Assembly: GCA_964364185.1 (NCBI GenBank)
Contig: CAYIKU010000001.1
Coordinates: forward strand, 19,258-53,243
Source of the DNA: an uncultured Candidatus Saccharibacteria bacterium
GTDB taxonomy: Bacteria; Patescibacteriota; Minisyncoccia; Phycocordibacterales; VMEP01
Length of the DNA: 33,986 bases
Reading direction: 5' to 3'
Part shown: positions 15,005 to 22,748 of the stretch, piece after piece
How positions within the stretch are numbered: position 1 is the stretch's first letter
Layout: the number at the start of each line of letters is the position of its first letter
Made by a program: the position numbers and the translations under genes
The notes under the pieces: generated by a model
Seen by the model: the letters and a program-made list of their open reading frames with translations, nothing else
What the model was told of the DNA's origin: nothing
The model's database searches: none

Positions 15005-15616
15005 TTAAGGTTTTTTAATGAAAGGAACGAAAGCAAAACCAAAAAATTCTTTTTCTGTGAATTCGTTATCGCCGTTTTTAATGATTAGAAATATGGATTG
15101 ACGCACCGGCACCGCCATTCTGCCGCCGACTGCCAATTGTTTTTTCCAGGCATTAGGAATTTTTTCGCACTCCGCCGCGGCGATAATTCTGTCAAAAGGA
15201 GCTTTTTGCAACAACCCTTCCTCTGCGCTGCCACTTAAAAATTTCAAATTAGAAAAGCCATATTGCGCCGTATTTTTCTCGCCAAACGCCGAAAGTTCCG
15301 GTATGAGTTCTATGGCGTATACCTCTCCTTTACTACCGACGATTTCAGAAAGAAGAGCGCTTTGCCATCCAGAACCCGACCCGACATCTAAAATTTTATT
15401 TCCTTCTTCCGGCTGTAAAAGTTCAAGCATGAAAGCCACAGTAAGCGGTTGGGAAATTGTTTGGCCGTGACCAATAGGGATAGGTTCGTTTACATAAGCC
15501 TGATTTTTAAATTCTTCAGGCACGAAATCAGCCCGGTCTATTTTTTTGAAGGCCTCGATAATTCGCGGGGTTTTGAGATATCCTGAATTGATTAGTTTCC
15601 TAACAAGTTCTTCCAT
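15005..15616 (-). CDS. pcm: Protein-L-isoaspartate O-methyltransferase
   Basis: 203 aa. GHGQTISQPLTVAFMLELL and SAM motif ILDVGSGSGWQSALLSEIV. Confidence 0.88.
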   Translation of the reverse strand: MEELVRKLINSGYLKTPRIIEAFKKIDRADFVPEEFKNQAYVNEPIPIGHGQTISQPLTVAFMLELLQPEEGNKILDVGSGSGWQSALLSEIVGSKGEVYAIELIPELSAFGEKNTAQYGFSNLKFLSGSAEEGLLQKAPFDRIIAAAECEKIPNAWKKQLAVGGRMAVPVRQSIFLIIKNGDNEFTEKEFFGFAFVPFIKKP

Positions 15617-15645
15617 GCTTACATTTTAATATATTTAAAAACAAA

Positions 15646-15667
15646 GAGGGCACAAAATTGTGCCCTC
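15646..15667 (-). terminator. Terminator of the 92-aa gene
   Basis: Stem GAGGGCAC (15646-15653) / GTGCCCTC (15660-15667), followed on the minus strand by a T-rich run (TTTGTTTTT). Confidence 0.6.
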
Positions 15668-15681
15668 GTCGCATATCAACC

Positions 15682-15960
15682 TTAGATTGAATTGATATGT
15701 TTTTGATTTTGGCTAACCAGGGCCCTGATAAACCCCGGGTGTTGACTTTTTTGCTTTTTTCTTTTCATGGTGTTTCGCTTCCCACAAATCTGACTGATCC
15801 TAGATGCGTACAATATCCAGTCTTTTATGCCGTATTCGCGGAAAGCTTGCGCGCGTGCTACAGAAAATGTAGCACCGTGATGTCTCCTTAAATAAGAAAT
15901 GCGATCAGCGATATCCTCTTCTAGAGGAAGAGGGTCGAGTTTAAGCAATGGTTTAGTCAT
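15682..15960 (-). CDS. Hypothetical protein (92 aa) with basic C-terminal tail
   Basis: AGGAG 7 nt upstream of the ATG, with its own consensus promoter and terminator. No recognisable domain. Confidence 0.55.
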   Translation of the reverse strand: MTKPLLKLDPLPLEEDIADRISYLRRHHGATFSVARAQAFREYGIKDWILYASRISQICGKRNTMKRKKQKSQHPGFIRALVSQNQKHINSI

Positions 15961-15995
15961 ATCAAACTCCTGTGCAATAATGTATTCTGATGTCC

Positions 15996-16023
15996 ATTAT
16001 ACAACCAAAAACTAATTAGTCAA
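15996..16023 (-). promoter_or_regulatory. Consensus promoter TTGACT-16 nt-TATAAT for the 92-aa gene
   Basis: Minus-strand TTGACT at 16023-16018 and TATAAT at 16001-15996. Confidence 0.55.
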
Positions 16024-16057
16024 GCAATTGTGTTAATGATTGCTGACCTGAAAAAAT

Positions 16058-16086
16058 TTGATTTTTTATATTGAATATTGTATAAA
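16058..16086 (+). promoter_or_regulatory. Promoter TTGATT-17 nt-TATAAA for the divergent 118-aa gene
   Basis: TTGATT at 16058-16063 and TATAAA at 16081-16086. GGAGGTG RBS just upstream of the ATG at 16139. Confidence 0.45.
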
Positions 16087-16138
16087 TTAATCAGATAAAA
16101 GTTATTTCTAATCAAGCTTCGTTCCGTGGAGGTGTCAA

Positions 16139-16495
16139 ATGGGAAACTTTGATTCTAATATAAGCTGGTTTACTCGAGGACCAATCTTCGAAACAGTTAC
16201 CAATCCGGTAATGTTTATGATTATGGTGGTTTTTTGTATTGTAGTCGCAACTATCGTCAGTAGCGGGCCAGGCGACGTTCAGGCTCAAACCGCATTTCTT
16301 ATTATGGTCTCTCCATTTTTACTGGTGTTGGTTTTGCGGTGGATATTAGGATTGTTGTGGTTTCGTTGCGGTAGCTGTTGTAAAAAAGTAAGATACTACG
16401 AAGTCAAAGTAGTTTTTGAAATGATTAATGGTGTGAATAAGCACCGTTGCCCTTTTTGCAACAGAGATTTATCACTATATAGTGGGCTAGATTGA
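16139..16495 (+). CDS. Two-TM membrane protein with a C-terminal CxxC...CxxC zinc-ribbon
   Basis: 118 aa. Hydrophobic helices VMFMIMVVFCIVVATIVS and AFLIMVSPFLLVLVLRWILGLLWF, then RCGSCC...RCPFCN. Strong RBS and terminator. Confidence 0.6.
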   Translation: MGNFDSNISWFTRGPIFETVTNPVMFMIMVVFCIVVATIVSSGPGDVQAQTAFLIMVSPFLLVLVLRWILGLLWFRCGSCCKKVRYYEVKVVFEMINGVNKHRCPFCNRDLSLYSGLD

Positions 16496-16511
16496 ACATT
16501 TCTCGGAAATT

Positions 16512-16540
16512 AAAAAGTCCCGCATTGCGGGACTTTTTGT
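16512..16540. terminator. Bidirectional rho-independent terminator
   Basis: AAAAAGTCCCGC-ATT-GCGGGACTTTTT between the convergent 118-aa and 128-aa genes. Confidence 0.75.
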
Positions 16541-16576
16541 TTTCATGTACCCTATCCTTAAAAAAGGATTTACATT

Positions 16577-16960
16577 TTACATGATTACTGTTTTGCCGAT
16601 ACAAAGACTGTGGGCCAGCTCTTGGCGAGATTCGTATGTGACAAAGTAGATTTTTTCAACGCCAAACTCTTTTCTGACCCAATTGGCGATAATATGCGCC
16701 CGCTTCTGCATGCTTTTCTTTGAAAGAAAACCGAGACCGGGAAGATGAAAGGCGATTGAGAGACATGGTCCCTTGATTCCAGATATGGGTATGGATGAGG
16801 CAATCACCGTATCAACCCGCCCTTCGGTTTCTCCGCCCTTGAGTTTTAGAGCGAGGTTTTTTGTCGCGTGAAGCCTCATTCTTGGATTTAAAGGAATGAC
16901 ACATCCTAAACTCTGGCCCAAGACGCTTTCTCCCGTCATAGCTACGATAGCGATTTCCAT
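16577..16960 (-). CDS. Hypothetical protein (128 aa from the RBS-supported start)
   Basis: GGAGGA 5-6 nt upstream of the ATG at 16960 (MEIAIVAMTG...). The ORF is open up to 17014. Upstream promoter TTTACT-17-TATAAA. No recognisable domain. Confidence 0.5.
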   Translation of the reverse strand: MEIAIVAMTGESVLGQSLGCVIPLNPRMRLHATKNLALKLKGGETEGRVDTVIASSIPISGIKGPCLSIAFHLPGLGFLSKKSMQKRAHIIANWVRKEFGVEKIYFVTYESRQELAHSLCIGKTVIM

Positions 16961-17078
16961 AAGTTCCTCCGATTTAAAGAAATTGAAAAGACGATGAACT
17001 GTCTGCCCCCACACCAGTACATGGATGTGGGAGTTTACCGGGTTACTTTATATAATATATTTCTAGAAAAGTAAATGG

Positions 17079-17534
17079 TTAGGAGATGATTCCGTCTATT
17101 ATCTTTTTAACCAGAGCTCCGTCGGCTTTGCCTTTTAAATCTTTCATTAACACACCCAAAAGCTTTCCGACGCCCGCCTTGTCCTGTACACCTAATTCCC
17201 TTATTTTTGCCTCTATAAGAGGTTTTAGCTCGTCCTCCGACATTTGGGCTGGGAGGTATTTTTCAAGGTGGATAAGCTCGTCTTTTTCATTATCCGCCAG
17301 GTCTTTGCGCCCGCCTTTCTCAAACTGTTCTATGGCGTCTTTATGCTGTTTTACGGCACGATTTATAACAGGAATTGCGTCTCCGTCGGCGAGTATCTCA
17401 TTCGGTTTTCTTTTTTTAGCTACCAATTCGTTGGTAAATGCCGAAAGAAGCCCGCGGATTACATTGAGCCGAACAATATCTTTGGCCCGCATGGCATCCT
17501 TTAATTCTTCTTTTATTTTTTGTTGTAATGTCAT
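17079..17534 (-). CDS. yqeY: GatB/YqeY domain protein
   Basis: 151 aa. MTLQQKIKEELKDAMRAKD...RLNVIRGLLSAF...EILADGDAIPVI...KGKADGALVKKI are typical of YqeY. Confidence 0.8.
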   Translation of the reverse strand: MTLQQKIKEELKDAMRAKDIVRLNVIRGLLSAFTNELVAKKRKPNEILADGDAIPVINRAVKQHKDAIEQFEKGGRKDLADNEKDELIHLEKYLPAQMSEDELKPLIEAKIRELGVQDKAGVGKLLGVLMKDLKGKADGALVKKIIDGIIS

Positions 17535-17595
17535 TTTTTCTGCTTTACATATTCTACATAATATTATTCTGTCGTGCTAGACTAAATCTATATCC

Positions 17596-18378
17596 ATGTC
17601 TGAATATTATAATTCGCGCAGAATAAGAAATTTATTTAATCCGGAAAGCAGGGAGCCCTTTTCTATAAGCCGTTCAAAAATTGATCTTTTTCTTGAATGC
17701 CCTTTTTGTTTCTATACGGACAGGCGTTTAGGGGTGGGGAGACCGCCCGGATTTCCTTTTACCCTTAATGTAGCCGTTGATAAGCTTCTTAAAAAAGAAT
17801 TTGATATATACCGCGCAGAGGGTGTTCCGCACCCGCTTATGGCAGAGTATAAAATTTTAGCCAAGCCGTTTAAGCACGGCGATTTGGACAAATGGCGCGA
17901 AAATTTTGTGGGTATGCAATATCTACACAAGCCCACTAATCTAAAAATCACCGGCGCGATTGATGATGTTTGGATAAACGATAAGAAAGAACTTCATGTC
18001 GTTGACTATAAAGCGACTAGCAAAGAGAGTGAGGTTACACTTGATGCTCCGTGGCAAGACGGCTACAAACGGCAGATGGAAATATATCAATGGCTTTTGC
18101 GACAAAATGGCTATAAAGTTTCCGACACGGGATATTTCGTGTACTGCAATGGCAACACCGACAAAGAATCTTTTGACGGGAAACTTGAATTCAATATAAA
18201 GATTATTCCATACCGCGGGAAAGGCGACTGGATTGAAAAAACTATTCTTGATTTGAAGAATTGTCTTCTTCTATATGTTCCGCCGGCATCTGGTAAAGAA
18301 TGCGATTATTGCAATTATAGGGAAGCGGTAGAAACCGTAGCGCCTAAAAAGGATAAAAACAATAGAAGCCTTTTTTAG
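17596..18378 (+). CDS. PD-(D/E)XK (Cas4/RecB-like) nuclease with terminal Cys pairs
   Basis: 260 aa. GAIDDVW (D), VVDYKAT (D-x-K), QMEIYQWLL (QxxxY). N-terminal CPFC and C-terminal CDYC could ligate a metal or Fe-S cluster. Confidence 0.6.
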   Translation: MSEYYNSRRIRNLFNPESREPFSISRSKIDLFLECPFCFYTDRRLGVGRPPGFPFTLNVAVDKLLKKEFDIYRAEGVPHPLMAEYKILAKPFKHGDLDKWRENFVGMQYLHKPTNLKITGAIDDVWINDKKELHVVDYKATSKESEVTLDAPWQDGYKRQMEIYQWLLRQNGYKVSDTGYFVYCNGNTDKESFDGKLEFNIKIIPYRGKGDWIEKTILDLKNCLLLYVPPASGKECDYCNYREAVETVAPKKDKNNRSLF

Positions 18379-18470
18379 CTTATGGTAAAATATATGGTAA
18401 TTAGTGCAAAATAACCGTGCATACATATCCCATGCTATAGCATGGGATATGTATGCACTTAAATATATAA

Positions 18471-19577
18471 ATGGATGCTAATACTATTATTTTTATAATT
18501 CTTGCCGCGATAACTGGTGGTTTTTGCTCATGGTTTTTTCTGAAAAAGAAACAGAACGCCGATGGTAAAGACGAAGTTTTTCATAGGATTGAGTTGCTTG
18601 AAAATACATTTAAAAATGTTAATGATATGACCCTTAAGCAATTGGGGGAAATTAAATCGGATGTTTCCGAAAACTTAAGGGCAAACAGAGAAAGCGTTGA
18701 TTCCTCCTCGCGCACAATGCACCAACAGGTTGGAAATTTTACCGAATCTATAACAAGAATGCAGGGGGACTTAAGAAATGTTTTTGATTCAATTAAGGTT
18801 TCTAACGAGAAAATGTCTTCTTTCCAGGATATATTTAAAACTCCAAAATTGAGAGGACAGTGGGGAGAATACAACTTAGAATATTTATTGGAGCAAACAT
18901 ATTCTCGCGAGCGCGTTCTTAAACAGCATTATTTTAAAAATGGTAAGTCGGTAGATTTTGCGATCAAATTGCCAAACGATTTATTATTGCCGATAGATTC
19001 CAAATTTCCTCTTGAGATTTTTGTTTCTTACGCGGAAGAAACGAGTATCGCTGAAAAAACACGAAAAAAACAAACTTTTATTTCTGAGGTAAAAAAACAA
19101 ATTGATTCAATTTCATCAAAATATATCAACCCTGATGAATCCACAACAGATTTTGCGTTACTTTACATACCAGCAGAAGCTGTTTATTACGAGATTATGT
19201 TTTCTATGAAAGAAGACGACATTGTTGAATATGCCCAAAAAAGAAAAATACAGCTGGTATCCCCGAATACGCTTAAATTAAATTTAAGCGTTATTGAACA
19301 CTGGGTGAAAGATATTACTGTCAATAAAGAGACGAGACAAATTATAAAAAGATTAAGCGGAATTTTACAGGATGGAAAGAAACTGTCGGAAAGCTTTGTT
19401 AAATTAGGAAAGCATATATCCAACGTCAAAGGCGCTTATGATGATTCAGAAAAACGACTAGAACTTCTTTCTGGAAAAGTTGAAAAAGTTATAACGATAG
19501 GAAAAGGCAACAAAATTGAAGAAGAAGACTATCTTTTAGATCAACCAATTTCTCAAGAAATTGCGGTGGATAAATAA
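18471..19577 (+). CDS. rmuC: DNA recombination protein RmuC
   Basis: 368 aa. N-terminal TM, long coiled-coil, and an RmuC core (RGQWGEYNLEYLLE, VDFAIKLP, IDSKFPLE, FALLYIPAEAVYYE, VSPNTL). Confidence 0.85.
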   Translation: MDANTIIFIILAAITGGFCSWFFLKKKQNADGKDEVFHRIELLENTFKNVNDMTLKQLGEIKSDVSENLRANRESVDSSSRTMHQQVGNFTESITRMQGDLRNVFDSIKVSNEKMSSFQDIFKTPKLRGQWGEYNLEYLLEQTYSRERVLKQHYFKNGKSVDFAIKLPNDLLLPIDSKFPLEIFVSYAEETSIAEKTRKKQTFISEVKKQIDSISSKYINPDESTTDFALLYIPAEAVYYEIMFSMKEDDIVEYAQKRKIQLVSPNTLKLNLSVIEHWVKDITVNKETRQIIKRLSGILQDGKKLSESFVKLGKHISNVKGAYDDSEKRLELLSGKVEKVITIGKGNKIEEEDYLLDQPISQEIAVDK

Positions 19578-19655
19578 GTTAATAATTAAATAATTTAGAC
19601 TGTATACATATTATAGGCGATAGCATGTGATATATATACAGTATAAATAAATTAA

Positions 19656-19701
19656 TATATAGACCCCTGCGGCAAAGCCACAGGGTAATATTAGACCTAT
19701 A
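19656..19701. repeat. Copy A of a hairpin-containing intergenic repeat (related copies at 28000-28041 and 28064-28096)
   Basis: ATATAGACC-CCTG-CGGCAAAGCC-ACAG-GGTAATATTAGACCTATA. It shares CGGCAAAGCC, a 4-nt spacer and GGTA..ATTAGACCTATA with 28068-28096. Confidence 0.5.
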
Positions 19702-19727
19702 GTTCGTCTTCGCTCGAATGCTATGTG

Positions 19728-19781
19728 AGCGAGTGCCGAGCACCACTTTTGATATAACAAAAGTGGTGCTCGGCACTCGCT
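19728..19781. other. Perfect 23-bp stem / 8-nt loop hairpin
   Basis: AGCGAGTGCCGAGCACCACTTTT (19728-19750), GATATAAC loop, AAAAGTGGTGCTCGGCACTCGCT (19759-19781). No flanking T-tract on either strand. Confidence 0.8.
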
Positions 19782-19795
19782 AGCCGAAACAAATT

Positions 19796-19896
19796 AAAAA
19801 GAACCGCGCACAAGAAGGTGAATGCGCGGTTCTAAATACACCCCAATCGGGGTGCTTCTCATAGAGGAGGAGCAAAAAACGACTTATCTCGTCGCT
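19796..19896 (-). ncRNA. Candidate sRNA (~100 nt) with a CUCCUCCUCU tract and intrinsic terminator
   Basis: Minus-strand promoter TTGACA (19930-19925)-16 nt-TAACTT (19908-19903). Terminator GAACCGCGCA/TGCGCGGTTC (19801-19832) followed by T5 on the minus strand. The pyrimidine tract is the RC of 19863-19872. Confidence 0.3.
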
Positions 19897-19959
19897 AAAT
19901 AAAAGTTAGCATGTGTATGTTTTGTGTCAAATACAAAAATGTGCAAAATGTTTCGTCAT

Positions 19960-20081
19960 AAAAAAGGGTCGCGCAAAACGTAGTAAAACAGCGCGACCCA
20001 AAGACCCGACGCAACCGTTCAGGGGGTTGGGGAAAACCGTGGTACGGTTTTAACGTCGGGGGAAACAGGCGATTAGTTTCT
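19960..20081 (-). ncRNA. Candidate sRNA (~120 nt): three-way junction plus intrinsic terminator
   Basis: Minus-strand promoter TTTACA (20116-20111)-17 nt-TATTAT (20093-20088). Outer stem 20005-20011 / 20054-20060 encloses hairpins 20012-20016/20025-20029 and 20033-20040/20044-20051. Terminator stem GGGTCGCGC/GCGCGACCC (19966-19999) followed by T6 on the minus strand. Confidence 0.35.
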
Positions 20082-20228
20082 AGCTAGATAATATACTAAA
20101 AAGTTGTTTATGTAAACGACTTGCAATTTATTAGTTTTTATATAGAATTGGAAAATTACTTGTTTTGCCTAATCGGTAAACGGGTTGGAAATGGTCAAAA
20201 AAATCTATTAATCTAATTTCTAATTTGG

Positions 20229-20546
20229 ATGAAATTCATAATTATTGAAACCGGCGGAAAACAATACGCAGTAGAAAAGGGAGATAAAATAAAAATAGAG
20301 AAAATAAAGGCCGGTCTTAAGGTTGGTGATGTAATTATCTTTGACAAAGTGCTTCTTTCCGACGATGGTAAAGATACGGAAGTTGGAATGCCTTATCTTG
20401 CGGGCAAATCAGTTAAGGCGGTATTAAAAGAAGAGGGGAAGGGGAAAAAAGTTATCGTGGTGAAATACAAAGCAAAAAGCAGGTACAAGAAGACTCGAGG
20501 ACACAGACAACCGTTTATGGCAGTAGAAATAACGGGGATAAATTAA
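20229..20546 (+). CDS. rplU: 50S ribosomal protein L21
   Basis: 105 aa. MKFIIIETGGKQYAVEKGDKIKIEK... and KKTRGHRQPF are typical of L21. Confidence 0.92.
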   Translation: MKFIIIETGGKQYAVEKGDKIKIEKIKAGLKVGDVIIFDKVLLSDDGKDTEVGMPYLAGKSVKAVLKEEGKGKKVIVVKYKAKSRYKKTRGHRQPFMAVEITGIN

Positions 20547-20560
20547 AAATGAAAAACGAA

Positions 20561-20592
20561 AAACCACCCAAGAGACTCAAGGGTGGTTTTTT
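20561..20592 (+). terminator. rplU rho-independent terminator
   Basis: AAACCACCC (20561-20569) / GGGTGGTTT (20581-20589) followed by a T-run. Confidence 0.7.
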
Positions 20593-20619
20593 CAAAAGCT
20601 AATTTAATTTATTTTGTAT

Positions 20620-20659
20620 TGTACACTATAATAATGTAACAGCGTTATTATAGTGTACA
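20620..20659 (-). terminator. 15-bp perfect hairpin downstream of recR
   Basis: TGTACACTATAATAA (20620-20634) / TTATTATAGTGTACA (20645-20659). Confidence 0.5.
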
Positions 20660-20664
20660 TCGTT

Positions 20665-21279
20665 TCAATTCCTATTTTTAAGCGCATTGCCGAGTGTTTC
20701 GCCATCCGAGTACTCAAGCTCAAGACCGGTGGAGAGTCCGCGACCCAATGAAGAAATTTTCAATTTATGCTTTTCTTTTAACGGTTCTATGGTTTTTTTA
20801 ATGTATTGATAAGTGTTGTCGCCCTCCAGATTTGCAGAAAGAGCTATAATAACTTCCTTCAAGCCGGAAGAAACGACTTGTTTCCCTATTTCTTTTACTA
20901 ATTCGCGAATTCTTATTTTTTCCATAGGGGTTTTTTCCAAGATTGACAAAAGCCCGCCTAAAATAAAATAACGACCGTGGTAGATTCCGCTTTTTTTGAT
21001 ATTTTCAAAATCAATGTCTTTTTCAACGATCATGAGAGTTGAGGTATCAGTAATTTTACTTTCGCATATATCGCACAGAGAAGAACTTCCTTCAAAAAAT
21101 CTGTAACATGACGCGCATTGTTTAATCGACTCCTTAATATCTGAGAGCGACGCTACAAAACCCGTAACAAACTCTTTTTTTTGAGAAAGCAGAAAATAAA
21201 CAAAGCGCCTTGCTTGGCGAGAACCAATGCCGGGAAATTTAGTGAAATACTCGGTTAATTTTTTCGTCGAATCATTCAT
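20665..21279 (-). CDS. recR: Recombination protein RecR
   Basis: 204 aa. FPGIGSRQARRF helix-hairpin-helix, C4 zinc finger CASCYRFFEGSSSLCDIC, and a Toprim region. Confidence 0.92.
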   Translation of the reverse strand: MNDSTKKLTEYFTKFPGIGSRQARRFVYFLLSQKKEFVTGFVASLSDIKESIKQCASCYRFFEGSSSLCDICESKITDTSTLMIVEKDIDFENIKKSGIYHGRYFILGGLLSILEKTPMEKIRIRELVKEIGKQVVSSGLKEVIIALSANLEGDNTYQYIKKTIEPLKEKHKLKISSLGRGLSTGLELEYSDGETLGNALKNRN

Positions 21280-21326
21280 TTTGTTATAAATTAATACAGT
21301 TTTATTTTATATATTCATCATATCAC

Positions 21327-21358
21327 CTATTGTCTAATTCGCTCGAATTAGACAATAG
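21327..21358 (-). terminator. Long hairpin between dnaB and recR
   Basis: CTATTGTCTAATTCG (21327-21341) / CGAATTAGACAATAG (21344-21358), effectively about 14 bp. No clear T-tract. Confidence 0.4.
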
Positions 21359-21374
21359 ATAAGAATTGAATAAT

Positions 21375-22748
21375 TTAAAATGTTTCATCATCGGCGAAGT
21401 CCTTCATACCGGTCTTGTCTATGGAAAGAAAGGTTGCTTTTTTGTCGTCAAAATAAAGTTCAACTTTCCCGGTAGGACCATTACGGTGTTTTTCAATTAA
21501 AATTTCGGCAATATTCGGCTTGTCCGAATCATCTTTGTATTTATCCTCGCGGTGGATGAACATTACTACATCAGCGTCTTGTTCAATGGAACCTGAATCG
21601 CGAAGGTCGGACAGGCGCGGTTTGCCACCGCGCGCCTCAACTGCTCGAGAAAGCTGGGAAAGCGCCAGCACCGGGACATCAAGCTCGCGCGCCAACCCTT
21701 TTAGTGAGCGTGATATTTCCGTTACCTGATTTACCATGGAATCATAATTTTTGGTTGGCGTCATGAGTTGAAGGTAATCGACAATAATTAGCCCGATATT
21801 ATGTTCTCGTTTTAGGCGTCTGGCCACCGAACGCATTTTAATAATTGAATTACTCGGTTCGTCATCAATAAAAAGCGGCGCCTTGGAAAGTCCGCTTAAC
21901 GCCTCGCCTATGCGATTGAAATCTTCTTCAAGTTTTAACCCGCCGGTGCGCAATTTCCAGGCGTCAACACGGGCCTCGGCGGCGACCATTCTGTCGGCTA
22001 ATTGTTGGGAGCTCATTTCAAGCGAAAATATACCGATGGGAACGTTGTAATTAAGCGCGACTTTTCTGGCTATATCCAACGCCAGCGCGGTTTTGCCCAT
22101 TGACGGGCGCGCGGCTAAAATTATCAAGTCCGATTTTTGAAAACCGGAGAGTCGGGAATCGAGCTCGGGAAAACCGGTGGGTACTCCGCGCAAACCGCCG
22201 TCCTTTTTATGTAAGTTATCAATTCTCTCCCATACTTCTCCCAACACTTCTTTAATGTTGATGAAACGGTGTCCGCGGGGAGAAGAGGTGATGTTGAAAA
22301 TCTTTTTTTCCGCTTCATTCAGAAGATTTTCAAGGTCGTGTTCTTCTTGAAATCCCATCTCGGAAATATTATCGGCCGCTTCAATCAATCTGCGAAGCGT
22401 GTGTTTGCGATGAACAATGTCGGCATAATAGGCGACATTGGAAGAAGACGGGACTACATTAACAAGTTCGGTAATATACGAATTGCCTCCTATGGATTCA
22501 AGAAGTTTTCTTTCCTTGAGGCGGGAAGAAAGCGAAAGAAGATCAATCGGTTCGTGCTTGTTGTGAAGTTCAAGCATTGTTTTCCATATAATTCTGTGTT
22601 TTTCAACATAAAAAGAATCTTCTTCAACCTTGTCTATTACTTCGTGCATCGCTTCTGGGCGAAGCATAATAGCGCCCAAAAGAGCCTTTTCGGAATCAAT
22701 GTTTTGAGGCGGAACTCGCGCGTGGAGAAATGGTTTTTTTGGGGTCAT
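21375..22748 (-). CDS. dnaB: Replicative DNA helicase DnaB
   Basis: 457 aa. PPQNIDSEKALLGAIM N-terminus, Walker A AARPSMGKTALAL, IIVDYLQLM, SQLSRAVE, RDSGSIEQDADVV. No intein. Confidence 0.95.
   Translation of the reverse strand: MTPKKPFLHARVPPQNIDSEKALLGAIMLRPEAMHEVIDKVEEDSFYVEKHRIIWKTMLELHNKHEPIDLLSLSSRLKERKLLESIGGNSYITELVNVVPSSSNVAYYADIVHRKHTLRRLIEAADNISEMGFQEEHDLENLLNEAEKKIFNITSSPRGHRFINIKEVLGEVWERIDNLHKKDGGLRGVPTGFPELDSRLSGFQKSDLIILAARPSMGKTALALDIARKVALNYNVPIGIFSLEMSSQQLADRMVAAEARVDAWKLRTGGLKLEEDFNRIGEALSGLSKAPLFIDDEPSNSIIKMRSVARRLKREHNIGLIIVDYLQLMTPTKNYDSMVNQVTEISRSLKGLARELDVPVLALSQLSRAVEARGGKPRLSDLRDSGSIEQDADVVMFIHREDKYKDDSDKPNIAEILIEKHRNGPTGKVELYFDDKKATFLSIDKTGMKDFADDETF

Noticed and set aside
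19579-19776. 65-aa minus-strand ORF in the rmuC-rplU spacer
   Set aside because: It spans the 23-bp perfect hairpin and the intergenic repeat. It has no RBS, and the sequence looks structural rather than coding.
19578-20228. Known housekeeping RNAs (RNase P RNA, tmRNA, SRP/4.5S, 6S) in the large structured spacer
   Set aside because: I looked on both strands for GGAAAGTCCGGGC-type P4 sequence, tRNA-like GGTTCGAxTCC ends with a resume tag, and the SRP GGAA/AGCAGC domain IV motif. None was found. 6S cannot be excluded by eye.
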